64,000 bases of DNA from an uncultured Rhodobacterales bacterium (GTDB taxonomy: Bacteria > Pseudomonadota > Alphaproteobacteria > Rhodobacterales > Rhodobacteraceae). The DNA is taken from contig CAXBJO010000001.1 in the NCBI GenBank assembly GCA_963976255.1, positions 14,770 to 78,769 of the forward strand, given 5' to 3'. Made by a program: the position numbers and the translations under genes. This document shows, in pieces, positions 29,269 to 38,251 of the stretch (positions within the stretch are counted from its first letter, which is position 1; each line of letters opens with the position of its first letter). Under the pieces are notes generated by a model. That model worked only from the letters and a program-made list of their open reading frames with translations. It did not search any database and was not told where the DNA came from.

Positions 29269-30575
29269 CCGAACTTTACGCCACATTTATATTTCTATTC
29301 GTCTTGTTTCTGCTGCTTGGATCATCCGTCTGGGTTGGTTTGGCGTTGATGGGTGTTGCATGGGTTGGCATGGAATTATTCACCGCACGCCCCGCAGGAG
29401 ATGCGATGATTACCACCATATGGACAGGTGCCAGCAGTTGGACATTAACCGCATTACCGCTGTTTGTGTGGATGGGTGAAATCCTGTTTCGAACGCGATT
29501 GTCCCAAGATTTATTTCGCGGGCTGGCGCCGTGGATGCGCTGGTTGCCGGGTGGATTGTTGCACACCAATATCGCTGGTTGCACATTGTTCGCCGCCGTA
29601 TCTGGATCTTCCGCCGCAACCCTGACCACCGTGGGCAAAATGTCGATCCCTGAATTGCGCGAACGCGGCTATCCTGAATACATGATTATCGGCACTTTAG
29701 CGGGCGCGGCAACATTGGGATTGATGATCCCGCCATCCCTGACCCTGATCGTTTACGGCGTAACAATCAACGAGAGCATTACCAAATTATTCATGGCAGG
29801 GGTGTTGCCCGGATTGGTTTTGGCGGGGTTGTTTATGACCTATATCTTTGCGTGGCATTATCTGCGCCCACACGAGCGCCCCGAACCGTTGCCCAAAATG
29901 GGTTTTGGTGAAATGATGACCGAAAGTCGCTTTTTGATCCCAGTCCTGATGTTGGTTTTCGTGGTGATTGGGTCGATGTATTTCGGCTGGGCCACTGCAA
30001 CCGAAGCGGCGGCGGTGGGTGTCGTTGGCGCATTATTATTGGCCAGCTTGCAGCGATCATTAACACTGGACACATTCGTTGCATCCCTGATGGGCGCGAC
30101 GCGCACATCCGCAATGATTGCGCTGATTTTGATGGGTGCTGCGTTCCTGTCGTTGGCGATGGGGTTCACGGGATTGCCGCGTGCTTTGGCGGGATTGATT
30201 GACACATGGAACCTATCGCCTGTGGTTTTGATTGCGGTGTTGACCTTGTTTTATTTGGTTTTAGGGATGTTCATGGACGGGTTGTCGTCGGTGGTTTTGA
30301 CCATGGCAATCGTCGAACCGATGATCCGCTCAGCGGGAATCGATGTGATCTGGTTTGGTATCTTCTTGGTTGTGGTGATCGAAACCGCACAGGTTACACC
30401 ACCCATCGGATTCAACCTGTTTGTTCTGCAAGGCATGACCAAACACGAGATTTCCTATATCGCGAAAACCGCGATCCCAATGGTGGTTCTGATGTTGTTG
30501 ATGGTTGTCATCTTAGTTGTTTGGCCGGAATTGGCCACGTGGTTGCCTGAAAACCTGTCCAAAAACGCCCGATGA
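29265..30575 (+). CDS. TRAP transporter large permease (DctM family)
   Basis: 436 aa, polytopic, typical DctM sequence (GSSAATLTTVGKMSIPEL). Confidence 0.92.
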   Translation: MTELYATFIFLFVLFLLLGSSVWVGLALMGVAWVGMELFTARPAGDAMITTIWTGASSWTLTALPLFVWMGEILFRTRLSQDLFRGLAPWMRWLPGGLLHTNIAGCTLFAAVSGSSAATLTTVGKMSIPELRERGYPEYMIIGTLAGAATLGLMIPPSLTLIVYGVTINESITKLFMAGVLPGLVLAGLFMTYIFAWHYLRPHERPEPLPKMGFGEMMTESRFLIPVLMLVFVVIGSMYFGWATATEAAAVGVVGALLLASLQRSLTLDTFVASLMGATRTSAMIALILMGAAFLSLAMGFTGLPRALAGLIDTWNLSPVVLIAVLTLFYLVLGMFMDGLSSVVLTMAIVEPMIRSAGIDVIWFGIFLVVVIETAQVTPPIGFNLFVLQGMTKHEISYIAKTAIPMVVLMLLMVVILVVWPELATWLPENLSKNAR

Positions 30576-31246
30576 CAACGCCGTTCCTTGGCATCTTGAT
30601 GTTGGATACAGCGTTTGTGCGCCCTGTTGGCGACGTGGGAAATGTGAACAGTTTTACCTGCCCTGCGCGTATTCGTATTGTCCCAGGGGCGGGCAGTTTG
30701 GACATTGTACGCGATGGATTACCCTCGCCTGAATTGATCGATGCGTTTATCAATGCGGCACAGGAACTGGAACGCGCTGGTGCCTTTGCCATTACATCCA
30801 CCTGTGGATTTTTAATTACGATCGAGGATCAAATTGCGGCGGCTGTTACCATTCCTGTGCGGGTGTCTGGCCTTTCGTATTACCGTGATATCGCACGGTT
30901 GTATCCCAAGCAAAAAATCGGCATTTTAACTGCCTCGAAACCTGCCTTAGGGGATATAGCATTGCGTGCGGCGGGGATAAATCCCGCTAACGTCCACATC
31001 GCAGGGATGCAGGACTGTGCGGCGTTTGCCGATATGATATTGCAGCCAAAATCCAATCAACCCGACCATATTGATATGGATGCCATTTCACACTATTGTG
31101 TGGAACAGGCCATGCGCTTGGTCACGCAACATTATGATATTGCGGTGTTTTTATTGGAATGTGGAAACCTGCCGCCCTATGCAGATCAGATCACAGCGGC
31201 AACGGGTCGCCCCGTTCATTCGATTGTCTCACAAATTTATTCATAG
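30572..31246 (+). CDS. Asp/Glu/hydantoin racemase-superfamily protein (two-cysteine type), function unknown
   Basis: 224 aa with Cys78 in TSTCGF and Cys197 in LLECGNL, the spacing expected for two-base racemases/isomerases. It overlaps the DctM-family stop by 4 nt (ATGA). Confidence 0.55.
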   Translation: MTTPFLGILMLDTAFVRPVGDVGNVNSFTCPARIRIVPGAGSLDIVRDGLPSPELIDAFINAAQELERAGAFAITSTCGFLITIEDQIAAAVTIPVRVSGLSYYRDIARLYPKQKIGILTASKPALGDIALRAAGINPANVHIAGMQDCAAFADMILQPKSNQPDHIDMDAISHYCVEQAMRLVTQHYDIAVFLLECGNLPPYADQITAATGRPVHSIVSQIYS

Positions 31247-31866
31247 GTTTTCACCATTGAGTCAACGGCCGCGCGGGCGCGTTCGCCTACTTGGGATGCA
31301 CTGCGACCTGCTTTGTACAGGTTGCTGCCCAGACCAAAACCATCCACACCCGCGGCGGCATATTCAGCAAAGTCTTCAGGCCCAACACCACCCACCGCAA
31401 ACACGCGAGTTTGGGTTGGCAGGACGGCACGAATGCCCTTGATTGTATCCGCACCCAATCCTGATGCAGGGAAGAATTTTAAACCAGTTGCACCACTGCG
31501 CAATGCCAAAAAGGCCTCGGTCGGGGAAAACACACCGGGGTAGCTGTGCATGCCTAGTTCTGCGGTGCGCGCAATCACATCAGCATTGGCGTCGGGTGAC
31601 ACAATCAAGTTCCCACCCAATGCGTGAACCTGTTCAACCTGATCCATGCGCAAAACGGTGCCCGCACCAATCAAACATTCATCAGGTGCCAAACGGTTCA
31701 CAACATCAATTGCAATTTTAATTGATTCAAGCGGTTCGGGCGAATTCATCGTGATTTCCATCGCCCGAAATCCTGCACCAATCAGCGTCGTGATCATCTC
31801 TTCGGTCTCGGATGGACGAATGCCGCGCAACACGGCAATCAGACGGTGGTTTGTATCAACTGACAT
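31237..31866 (-). CDS. dgoA: 2-dehydro-3-deoxy-6-phosphogalactonate aldolase
   Basis: 209 aa with LIAVLRGIRPSE, AMEITMNSP and Schiff-base Lys context GLKFFPAS. It is shorter than, and distinct from, the eda copy at 40 kb. Confidence 0.82.
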   Translation of the reverse strand: MSVDTNHRLIAVLRGIRPSETEEMITTLIGAGFRAMEITMNSPEPLESIKIAIDVVNRLAPDECLIGAGTVLRMDQVEQVHALGGNLIVSPDANADVIARTAELGMHSYPGVFSPTEAFLALRSGATGLKFFPASGLGADTIKGIRAVLPTQTRVFAVGGVGPEDFAEYAAAGVDGFGLGSNLYKAGRSASQVGERARAAVDSMVKTYE

Positions 31867-32018
31867 GGCTTTGATTTCCTAAACAATGGTTCCTTTAATA
31901 CTACGGCTCGAACCGCCTAGAATAAAGAGGCCAAATGGCAGAAAACTGGCCAACGCAACTTCCTATCTGTGAATGCTTGGGTTAGTTTGAAAACAGAGCA
32001 TCCTCAGAGGCACCCCAA

Positions 32019-33815
32019 ATGACCAAAATGAAACCCGAAAACTTACGCTCTACTAAATGGTTCAACGATCCCAATGATGCGGAAATGACAGCGTTGTATT
32101 TGGAGCGGTATTTGAATTACGGCCTGACACGCGAAGAGTTGCAATCAGGCAAGCCCATTATCGGAATTGCTCAAACGGGCAGCGATCTGTCGCCGTGTAA
32201 TCGTCACCATTTGGAACTGACTAAACGGGTGCGCGACGGCATTCATGCGGCCGGTGGCGTGGCCATGGAAATTCCTGTGCATCCGATCCAAGAAACTGGC
32301 AAACGCCCAACGGCCATGTTGGATCGAAACCTTGCATATCTTTCGTTGGTCGAAACATTGTTTGGCTATCCGATCGACGGCGTAGTGTTGAATATCGGTT
32401 GTGATAAAACCACGCCCGCGTTGTTAATGGCGGCAGCAACGGTCAATATTCCTGCAATCGCATTGTCGGTGGGGCCGATGTTAAATGGATGGCACGACAA
32501 CGAACGCGCAGGGTCGGGAACGGCGATTTGGAAGGCACGTGAATTGCATGCCACAGGCGAAATTGACGACGCTGGCTTCATGGATATTGCCGCATCCAGC
32601 GCCCCATCTGTGGGGTACTGCAATACTATGGGCACCGCCAGCACGATGAATTCATTGGCCGAAGCATTGGGTATGCAATTACCAGGTGCGGCGGCCATTC
32701 CCGCGCCGTACCGCGAACGAGGACAGATCAGCTATGCCACCGGTAAACGCATTGTGGATATGGTTTGGGACGATCTGCGTCCATCCGATATTATGACACC
32801 CGAAGCATTTGCAAATACTATTGTACTCAATTCCGCAATCGGCGGATCCACCAATGCACCCATCCATTTGAACGCGATTGCCCGTCACCTGGGCATTCCC
32901 TTAACCAACGATGATTGGCAGGATATTGGTCACAAAATCCCGCTGTTGGTGAACATGCAGCCTGCGGGTAAATACCTGGGCGAAGATTTCCACCGTGCGG
33001 GGGGTGTGCCGGCCGTGATGGCCGAATTGTTAGCCAATGACCTGTTGCCCTATCCCGATGTCATCACCGCAAACGGGCAAACCATGGGTGATAATTGCCG
33101 TGGTTTTATGACCACAAACGCCAAGGTGATTAAAACCGTTGCCGAACCCATGACCGCGCATGCGGGTTTCATCAACTTGAAGGGAAATTTGTTCGACAGC
33201 GCGATTATGAAAACCAGCGTTATCAGCCCGCAGTTTCGCGAAACCTATCTGTCGAACCCTGATGACCTGAATGCATTTGAAGGCCGCGCAATCGTGTTCG
33301 ATGGTCCCGAAGATTATCACAGCCGCATCGACGATCCATCGCAAAATATCGATCAAAATTGCATCCTGTTCATGCGCGGAACAGGCCCCAAGGGATATCC
33401 GGGCGGTGCCGAAGTGGTCAACATGCGGGCACCGTCGTACCTTTTGGAAAAGGGCGTTCAGGCATTACCTTGTGTGGGGGATGGGCGTCAATCGGGCACC
33501 TCTGGCTCGCCCTCAATCCTGAATGCATCACCAGAGGCGGCGGATGGTGGCGGGTTAGCGTTATTGCAAACGGGGGATATGGTGCGAATTGATCTCAATA
33601 CCTGTTCTGCGGATATGTTGTTGTCTGTGGATGTGTTGGCAGAACGCGCCGCCGCGTTGATGCAAGCGGGGGGGTATCCATCGCCCGACAGTCAGACCCC
33701 GTGGCAACAATATTTTCGCGAATTGGTGCAACCATTTGATCAGGGCATGACTCTGCGCGATGCCGATAAATACCAAGATGTCGCGCGCAAACATCTGCCA
33801 CGTCAGAACCATTAA
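32019..33815 (+). CDS. IlvD/Edd-family sugar-acid dehydratase (arabinonate/xylonate/galactonate type)
   Basis: 598 aa with Fe-S ligand contexts SPCNRH, GCDKTTP and YCNTMGTA, plus [20 protein letters not shown]. The N-terminus resembles pentonate dehydratases rather than IlvD or Edd. Confidence 0.85.
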   Translation: MTKMKPENLRSTKWFNDPNDAEMTALYLERYLNYGLTREELQSGKPIIGIAQTGSDLSPCNRHHLELTKRVRDGIHAAGGVAMEIPVHPIQETGKRPTAMLDRNLAYLSLVETLFGYPIDGVVLNIGCDKTTPALLMAAATVNIPAIALSVGPMLNGWHDNERAGSGTAIWKARELHATGEIDDAGFMDIAASSAPSVGYCNTMGTASTMNSLAEALGMQLPGAAAIPAPYRERGQISYATGKRIVDMVWDDLRPSDIMTPEAFANTIVLNSAIGGSTNAPIHLNAIARHLGIPLTNDDWQDIGHKIPLLVNMQPAGKYLGEDFHRAGGVPAVMAELLANDLLPYPDVITANGQTMGDNCRGFMTTNAKVIKTVAEPMTAHAGFINLKGNLFDSAIMKTSVISPQFRETYLSNPDDLNAFEGRAIVFDGPEDYHSRIDDPSQNIDQNCILFMRGTGPKGYPGGAEVVNMRAPSYLLEKGVQALPCVGDGRQSGTSGSPSILNASPEAADGGGLALLQTGDMVRIDLNTCSADMLLSVDVLAERAAALMQAGGYPSPDSQTPWQQYFRELVQPFDQGMTLRDADKYQDVARKHLPRQNH

Positions 33816-33819
33816 TCGA

Positions 33820-34776
33820 ATGAAAAACCTATTCGTAAACAGCGCAATTAATTCCACAATGGAGGCGGCGTTGCGCGAGGCTTTCACTCTGCATTGTGCG
33901 GCACAAATGGATGATGTGTCGACGTGGTTGACGCAAAACGGGGCAACGGTGGATTACGTGATCACCAGCGCATTTAACACACTGTCTGTGGATGCGATGG
34001 ATGCCATGCCGAACCTTAAAGTCATCAGCAATTTTGGCGTTGGCTATGATGGTGTTGATGCCAGTGCCGCATGTGAACGCGGTATTTTGGTGACGCATAC
34101 GCCCGATGTTTTGAATGTCGATGTTGCGGATACGGCGATTATGTTGATGTTGGCCTGCTATCGCGATTTGGTGCAAAATGATGCACATGCGCGTTCCGCA
34201 GGGTGGGCAGAATCCGGCAATTTACCCCTGTCACGTTCCGCCAGCGGGCGCAGGGTTGGGATTGTTGGATTGGGGCGTATTGGGCTTGAAATTGCACAAA
34301 AACTTTCGGCCTTTGATGCGAAAATTTCATACCATACGCGCACCGTGCGGGATGGTGACTTTACCCATTTTCCCAACCTTGTGGAAATGGCGGCGCAGGC
34401 GGACGTTTTGATTTGCATCGTACCGGGGGGCGACAGCACGCATCATATGATTAATGCGGATGTGATAGCCGCGCTGGGATCGGATGGCGTATTAATCAAT
34501 GTCGCGCGGGGGTCTGTTGTAGATCAGAGTGCGTTGATAAAAGCGTTGCAGAATGGCACGTTGGGATATGCGGGGCTGGACGTTTATGCAGACGAGCCAA
34601 ATGTACCCCAAGCATTGTGCGACCTACCAAACACAATTTTATTGCCGCACGTGGGCAGTGCCACAATTGAAACTCGCGCGGCCATGGCGCAATTGACCGT
34701 GGATAATCTTGTACAGCATGTACAGGGGAAACCCGTGATTTCACCGGTACCTGAATGTTTGAAATTGATGGTATGA
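33820..34776 (+). CDS. D-isomer-specific 2-hydroxyacid dehydrogenase (glyoxylate/hydroxypyruvate reductase-like)
   Basis: GIVGLGRIGLEIAQKL NAD fold, with NVARGSVVD and HVGSAT. The ATG at 33820 lies 5 nt after the dehydratase stop. Confidence 0.85.
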   Translation: MKNLFVNSAINSTMEAALREAFTLHCAAQMDDVSTWLTQNGATVDYVITSAFNTLSVDAMDAMPNLKVISNFGVGYDGVDASAACERGILVTHTPDVLNVDVADTAIMLMLACYRDLVQNDAHARSAGWAESGNLPLSRSASGRRVGIVGLGRIGLEIAQKLSAFDAKISYHTRTVRDGDFTHFPNLVEMAAQADVLICIVPGGDSTHHMINADVIAALGSDGVLINVARGSVVDQSALIKALQNGTLGYAGLDVYADEPNVPQALCDLPNTILLPHVGSATIETRAAMAQLTVDNLVQHVQGKPVISPVPECLKLMV

Positions 34777-34826
34777 TAAGTGTTCCAAAAAATTTTTCAG
34801 TCGTTTAAGTTGCGCTTCGTAAAAAT

Positions 34827-35228
34827 CTATTTTGGTTGTGAAAATTCGACGGGGCCACCATGTTTTTCCCACGCTGAAAAACCCTCTTTCAGGTGCGCCG
34901 CTGTGAACCCCATGTCATTGATCGTGGCCACCGTCAGCGCAGATCGCCAACCCGATGCACAATGGAAAACAAACCGCCTATCTTGGGCGAAAACCTCTTT
35001 GAAATAGGGGCTTTGGGGATCAATCCAAAATTCGATCATGCCACGCGGCGCATGAAAACTGTTCGGAATATACCCACTGCGTTCGCGTTCGCGCGGATCA
35101 CGAATATCTACGATAACAACATTGGGATCATTCAACATGGCAATCAGATCGCTGGCTTCCAGCTCTTCAATCTTGGCCCGTGCAGCGGCAACCATTTCAG
35201 CAGATGTAGTTTTTAAATCAGCCATCAT
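34827..35228 (-). CDS. Single-domain rhodanese-like sulfurtransferase
   Basis: Active-site loop FHCASGWRS. 133 aa. Its start overlaps the galU stop by 8-11 nt. Confidence 0.8.
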   Translation of the reverse strand: MMADLKTTSAEMVAAARAKIEELEASDLIAMLNDPNVVIVDIRDPRERERSGYIPNSFHAPRGMIEFWIDPQSPYFKEVFAQDRRFVFHCASGWRSALTVATINDMGFTAAHLKEGFSAWEKHGGPVEFSQPK

Positions 35229-36072
35229 TGTTCGCCTTTGCCTTTAGCATCTGTTTGCGCACATGCACGATGGCATCTGTGTATCCTGTAACAGACCCAC
35301 AATCAAACCGTTGATCCTGCAAAAGCACAGATTGCACACCGCCTGCTTGGGCGTGAATGTTGATCGCGTCCGCCAGTTGGATTTCACCACCCGCACCTTT
35401 GGGTAAATTTCGAAGAGTTTCAAAAATATCGCCCGTCAAAACATAGCGCCCAATCGATGCCATGCGCGATGGCGCGTCCACAAGGGTCGGTTTTTCGACC
35501 AATCCCGCCACATCATTTTCACCCGAACCTTGGCGAATGATCCCGTATTTCCCAATATCATTGTCATCAACATTCATCACACACAGTTGCGATTTGCCCG
35601 AACGGTTAAACCCCGCAATCAAATCGGCCGTCGTGTTATCGCCGCGCGCGGGGTCAGGTACGATAAAATCATCCGCCAATAAAACCGCAAACGGTTCGTT
35701 ACCGACCACGGGTTCGGCACAGGCAACAGCATGCCCCAATCCCAATTGTTCGGGCTGTCGAACGAACACACATTTGACGTAGCTGGGAATGACGTTGCGC
35801 ACCATCTCGGCGGCGGCGTATTTGCCCTTTTCGATCAGCGCCATTTCCAATTCCCGGTTAGCATCAAAATGGTCTTCAATCGCGCGCTTGTGGCGACCCG
35901 TGACGAAAACCATGGTTTCGATACCTGCGGCAATCGCCTCTTCGACGGCATATTGGATGATGGGTTTGTCGATGATCGGCAACAGTTCTTTGGGCATCGC
36001 CTTGGTTGCGGGCAGAAACCGTGTTCCAAAGCCTGCAACGGGGAAAACTGCGGTACGAATGGTGCCTGTCAT
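35218..36072 (-). CDS. galU: UTP--glucose-1-phosphate uridylyltransferase
   Basis: AVFPVAGFGTRFLPATKAMPKELLPIIDKP, VEKP motif, 284 aa. Confidence 0.92.
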   Translation of the reverse strand: MTGTIRTAVFPVAGFGTRFLPATKAMPKELLPIIDKPIIQYAVEEAIAAGIETMVFVTGRHKRAIEDHFDANRELEMALIEKGKYAAAEMVRNVIPSYVKCVFVRQPEQLGLGHAVACAEPVVGNEPFAVLLADDFIVPDPARGDNTTADLIAGFNRSGKSQLCVMNVDDNDIGKYGIIRQGSGENDVAGLVEKPTLVDAPSRMASIGRYVLTGDIFETLRNLPKGAGGEIQLADAINIHAQAGGVQSVLLQDQRFDCGSVTGYTDAIVHVRKQMLKAKANNDG

Positions 36073-36093
36073 TTTGCCAACTCCTGCTTGTAC

Positions 36094-37098
36094 TTAAATG
36101 CTATTGCCCGGCTTTACGGCCGGTTTGAATACAACACGCTTGCCTGTTTGTGGGGCACTGGGTTGGTTACGTAATAAAATTATTTCTGCCGCTGATTTAC
36201 CAATATCAAACCGCATGGAATCCGTTGTAGCCAATTCAATTGGTAAACCTTCCGCCATAGACAGAGCGTTAAAACCTGCAATCGCCAATTGATCAGGAAT
36301 CGTAATGCCCGCCCGCATACAATGCATAACAGAGCCCATGGCAATAACGTCGGTCGAGCAATAAATGCATTCCAACTCTGGGTGACGTTGCAACATTGCG
36401 GCGGTACTTTCCCGCCCCTTAGACACGGTCGACCCTGATGAATACAGTTCCTGATCCAACAGGGTTATACCCTTGGAATTCAACCCCGACACGAATCCAT
36501 CAAATCGTTTGGTCGCACGAAAATCCAATGGCATTTTTGTTCCCAAAAAGCCGATTTTACGATGCCCCTTGGCGACGATCGCCGTGGCCATATCAAAGCC
36601 CGCTTGATAATGGGAAATACCCACGCATGAATCAATTGCATCGCCATCTAGATCCATAATTTCAACCAAAGGTGTGTCGGTATTGTGCAACATTTTGCGT
36701 GTGGCAGGTGAATGTTCCAATCCCGCAACAATCAACCCCGCAGGACGCCACGCCAGCATATCGCGGATGACCTCTGCCTCGGTATCAAGGTCATAATTTG
36801 TCAGTCCAAAAACAGGCCGCAACGGCGAATTATTTAGCGTGGTGGAAATACCGTCAAGCACCTCGGAAAACACATAGCTTTTGACCGAGGGGATCACCAC
36901 GCCGACCAAATTCACCTTCTTGGATGCCAATGCACCCGCGATGTGGTTGGGCACATAACCCAATTCATTCGCCGCATCCATCACCCGTTTTCGCGTGACC
37001 ACAGACACATCCGCCGCGTTGCGCAATGCACGTGAGGCGGTCATTTCGCTGACCTTGGCGGCCAATGCCACATCTTTCAGAGTAAGGTTTCTGCTCAT
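36094..37098 (-). CDS. LacI-family transcriptional regulator
   Basis: N-terminal HTH LKDVALAAKVSEMTASRALRN plus a periplasmic-binding-protein-like sugar domain. It is divergent from gap-edd-eda. Confidence 0.9.
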   Translation of the reverse strand: MSRNLTLKDVALAAKVSEMTASRALRNAADVSVVTRKRVMDAANELGYVPNHIAGALASKKVNLVGVVIPSVKSYVFSEVLDGISTTLNNSPLRPVFGLTNYDLDTEAEVIRDMLAWRPAGLIVAGLEHSPATRKMLHNTDTPLVEIMDLDGDAIDSCVGISHYQAGFDMATAIVAKGHRKIGFLGTKMPLDFRATKRFDGFVSGLNSKGITLLDQELYSSGSTVSKGRESTAAMLQRHPELECIYCSTDVIAMGSVMHCMRAGITIPDQLAIAGFNALSMAEGLPIELATTDSMRFDIGKSAAEIILLRNQPSAPQTGKRVVFKPAVKPGNSI

Positions 37099-37192
37099 AC
37101 TCTATTGATAGCGCAACCATCGGGGATGTCACGCCCCAAAATCACGGATCGGGGGTGCCTGAGCCACTCAAGTCTTGACATTATTAAACTAA

Positions 37193-37210
37193 TCCGTTAG
37201 CGCTAACGGA
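37193..37210. promoter_or_regulatory. Perfect 18-bp palindrome, candidate LacI-family operator overlapping the gap-edd-eda promoter
   Basis: TCCGTTAGCGCTAACGGA lies 30 nt upstream of the gap ATG. A TTGACA (-35-like) sits at 37175-37180, so the palindrome would cover the -10 region. Confidence 0.55.
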
Positions 37211-37239
37211 AATAACAACACTGTTTTGTGGAGCCTCCT

Positions 37240-38241
37240 ATGACCTTGAAAATTGCAATTAACGGATTTGGACGCATTGGACGTTCTGTGTTACGTTCTG
37301 TTTTGGAATATGACCACACCGATATCGAAGTGGTCGCCATTAACGATCTGGCAGACAACAATACATTGGCGCATTTGTTACGGTACGATTCAGTTCATGG
37401 CCGCTTAAACAGCACAGTCACCGTTGTGGATGGCGGTTTCGATGTGAATGGCAAATTCATCCGCGTAACAAAAGAGCGCGACCCCGGAAAATTGCCATGG
37501 GGTGACGTAGATATTGCCTTGGAATGCACCGGACATTTCGCATCCCAAGAGGGCGGCGAACAGATGTTAAAGTCAGGTGCAAGCAAAATTTTGATCTCTG
37601 CACCCGGAAAAAACGTCGATAAAACAGTTGTTTATGGTGTGAACCACGACATTTTGACCGATGACGACATCATCGTTTCAAACGGATCCTGCACCACCAA
37701 CTGTTTGGCGCCAATTGCCAAAGTTTTGAATGAACTGTGCGGCATTAAATCGGGCTATATGACCACAATCCACGCCTATACAGGTGATCAGCCATTGCAT
37801 GACACCGATCACCGCGATCTGTACCGCGCCCGCGCGGGTGCCATGTCAATGATCCCGACCACAACGGGTGCGGCCAAAGCAATTTCTTTGGTATTGCCAG
37901 AGTTGGCGGGAAAATTAGAGGGTAGCGCCATTCGTGTACCGACCCCGAACGTGTCACTGGTTGATCTGGCATTTATCGCCGAGCGCCCCGTCACCGTTGC
38001 ACAAATTGATGCGGCGATGTTGGCCGCCTCGCAAGGTGCAATGCAAGGTATTCTAAGTTTTGAAGACGAACCAAAAGTATCGATTGATTTCAATCACACC
38101 ACAACATCCAGCAACTATGCTCAACCACAAACATGTGTCACGGCGGACGGATTGGTGCGGGTGGTTTCCTGGTATGACAACGAGTGGGGCTTTGCCAATC
38201 GCATGATTGATACTGCTCGCTTAATGCACACATTAAAGTAG
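37240..38241 (+). CDS. gap: Type I glyceraldehyde-3-phosphate dehydrogenase
   Basis: INGFGRIGR and SCTTNCLAP are present, with GGAG 5 nt upstream of the ATG at 37240. Confidence 0.93.
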   Translation: MTLKIAINGFGRIGRSVLRSVLEYDHTDIEVVAINDLADNNTLAHLLRYDSVHGRLNSTVTVVDGGFDVNGKFIRVTKERDPGKLPWGDVDIALECTGHFASQEGGEQMLKSGASKILISAPGKNVDKTVVYGVNHDILTDDDIIVSNGSCTTNCLAPIAKVLNELCGIKSGYMTTIHAYTGDQPLHDTDHRDLYRARAGAMSMIPTTTGAAKAISLVLPELAGKLEGSAIRVPTPNVSLVDLAFIAERPVTVAQIDAAMLAASQGAMQGILSFEDEPKVSIDFNHTTTSSNYAQPQTCVTADGLVRVVSWYDNEWGFANRMIDTARLMHTLK

Positions 38242-38251
38242 GGGTTAATTC

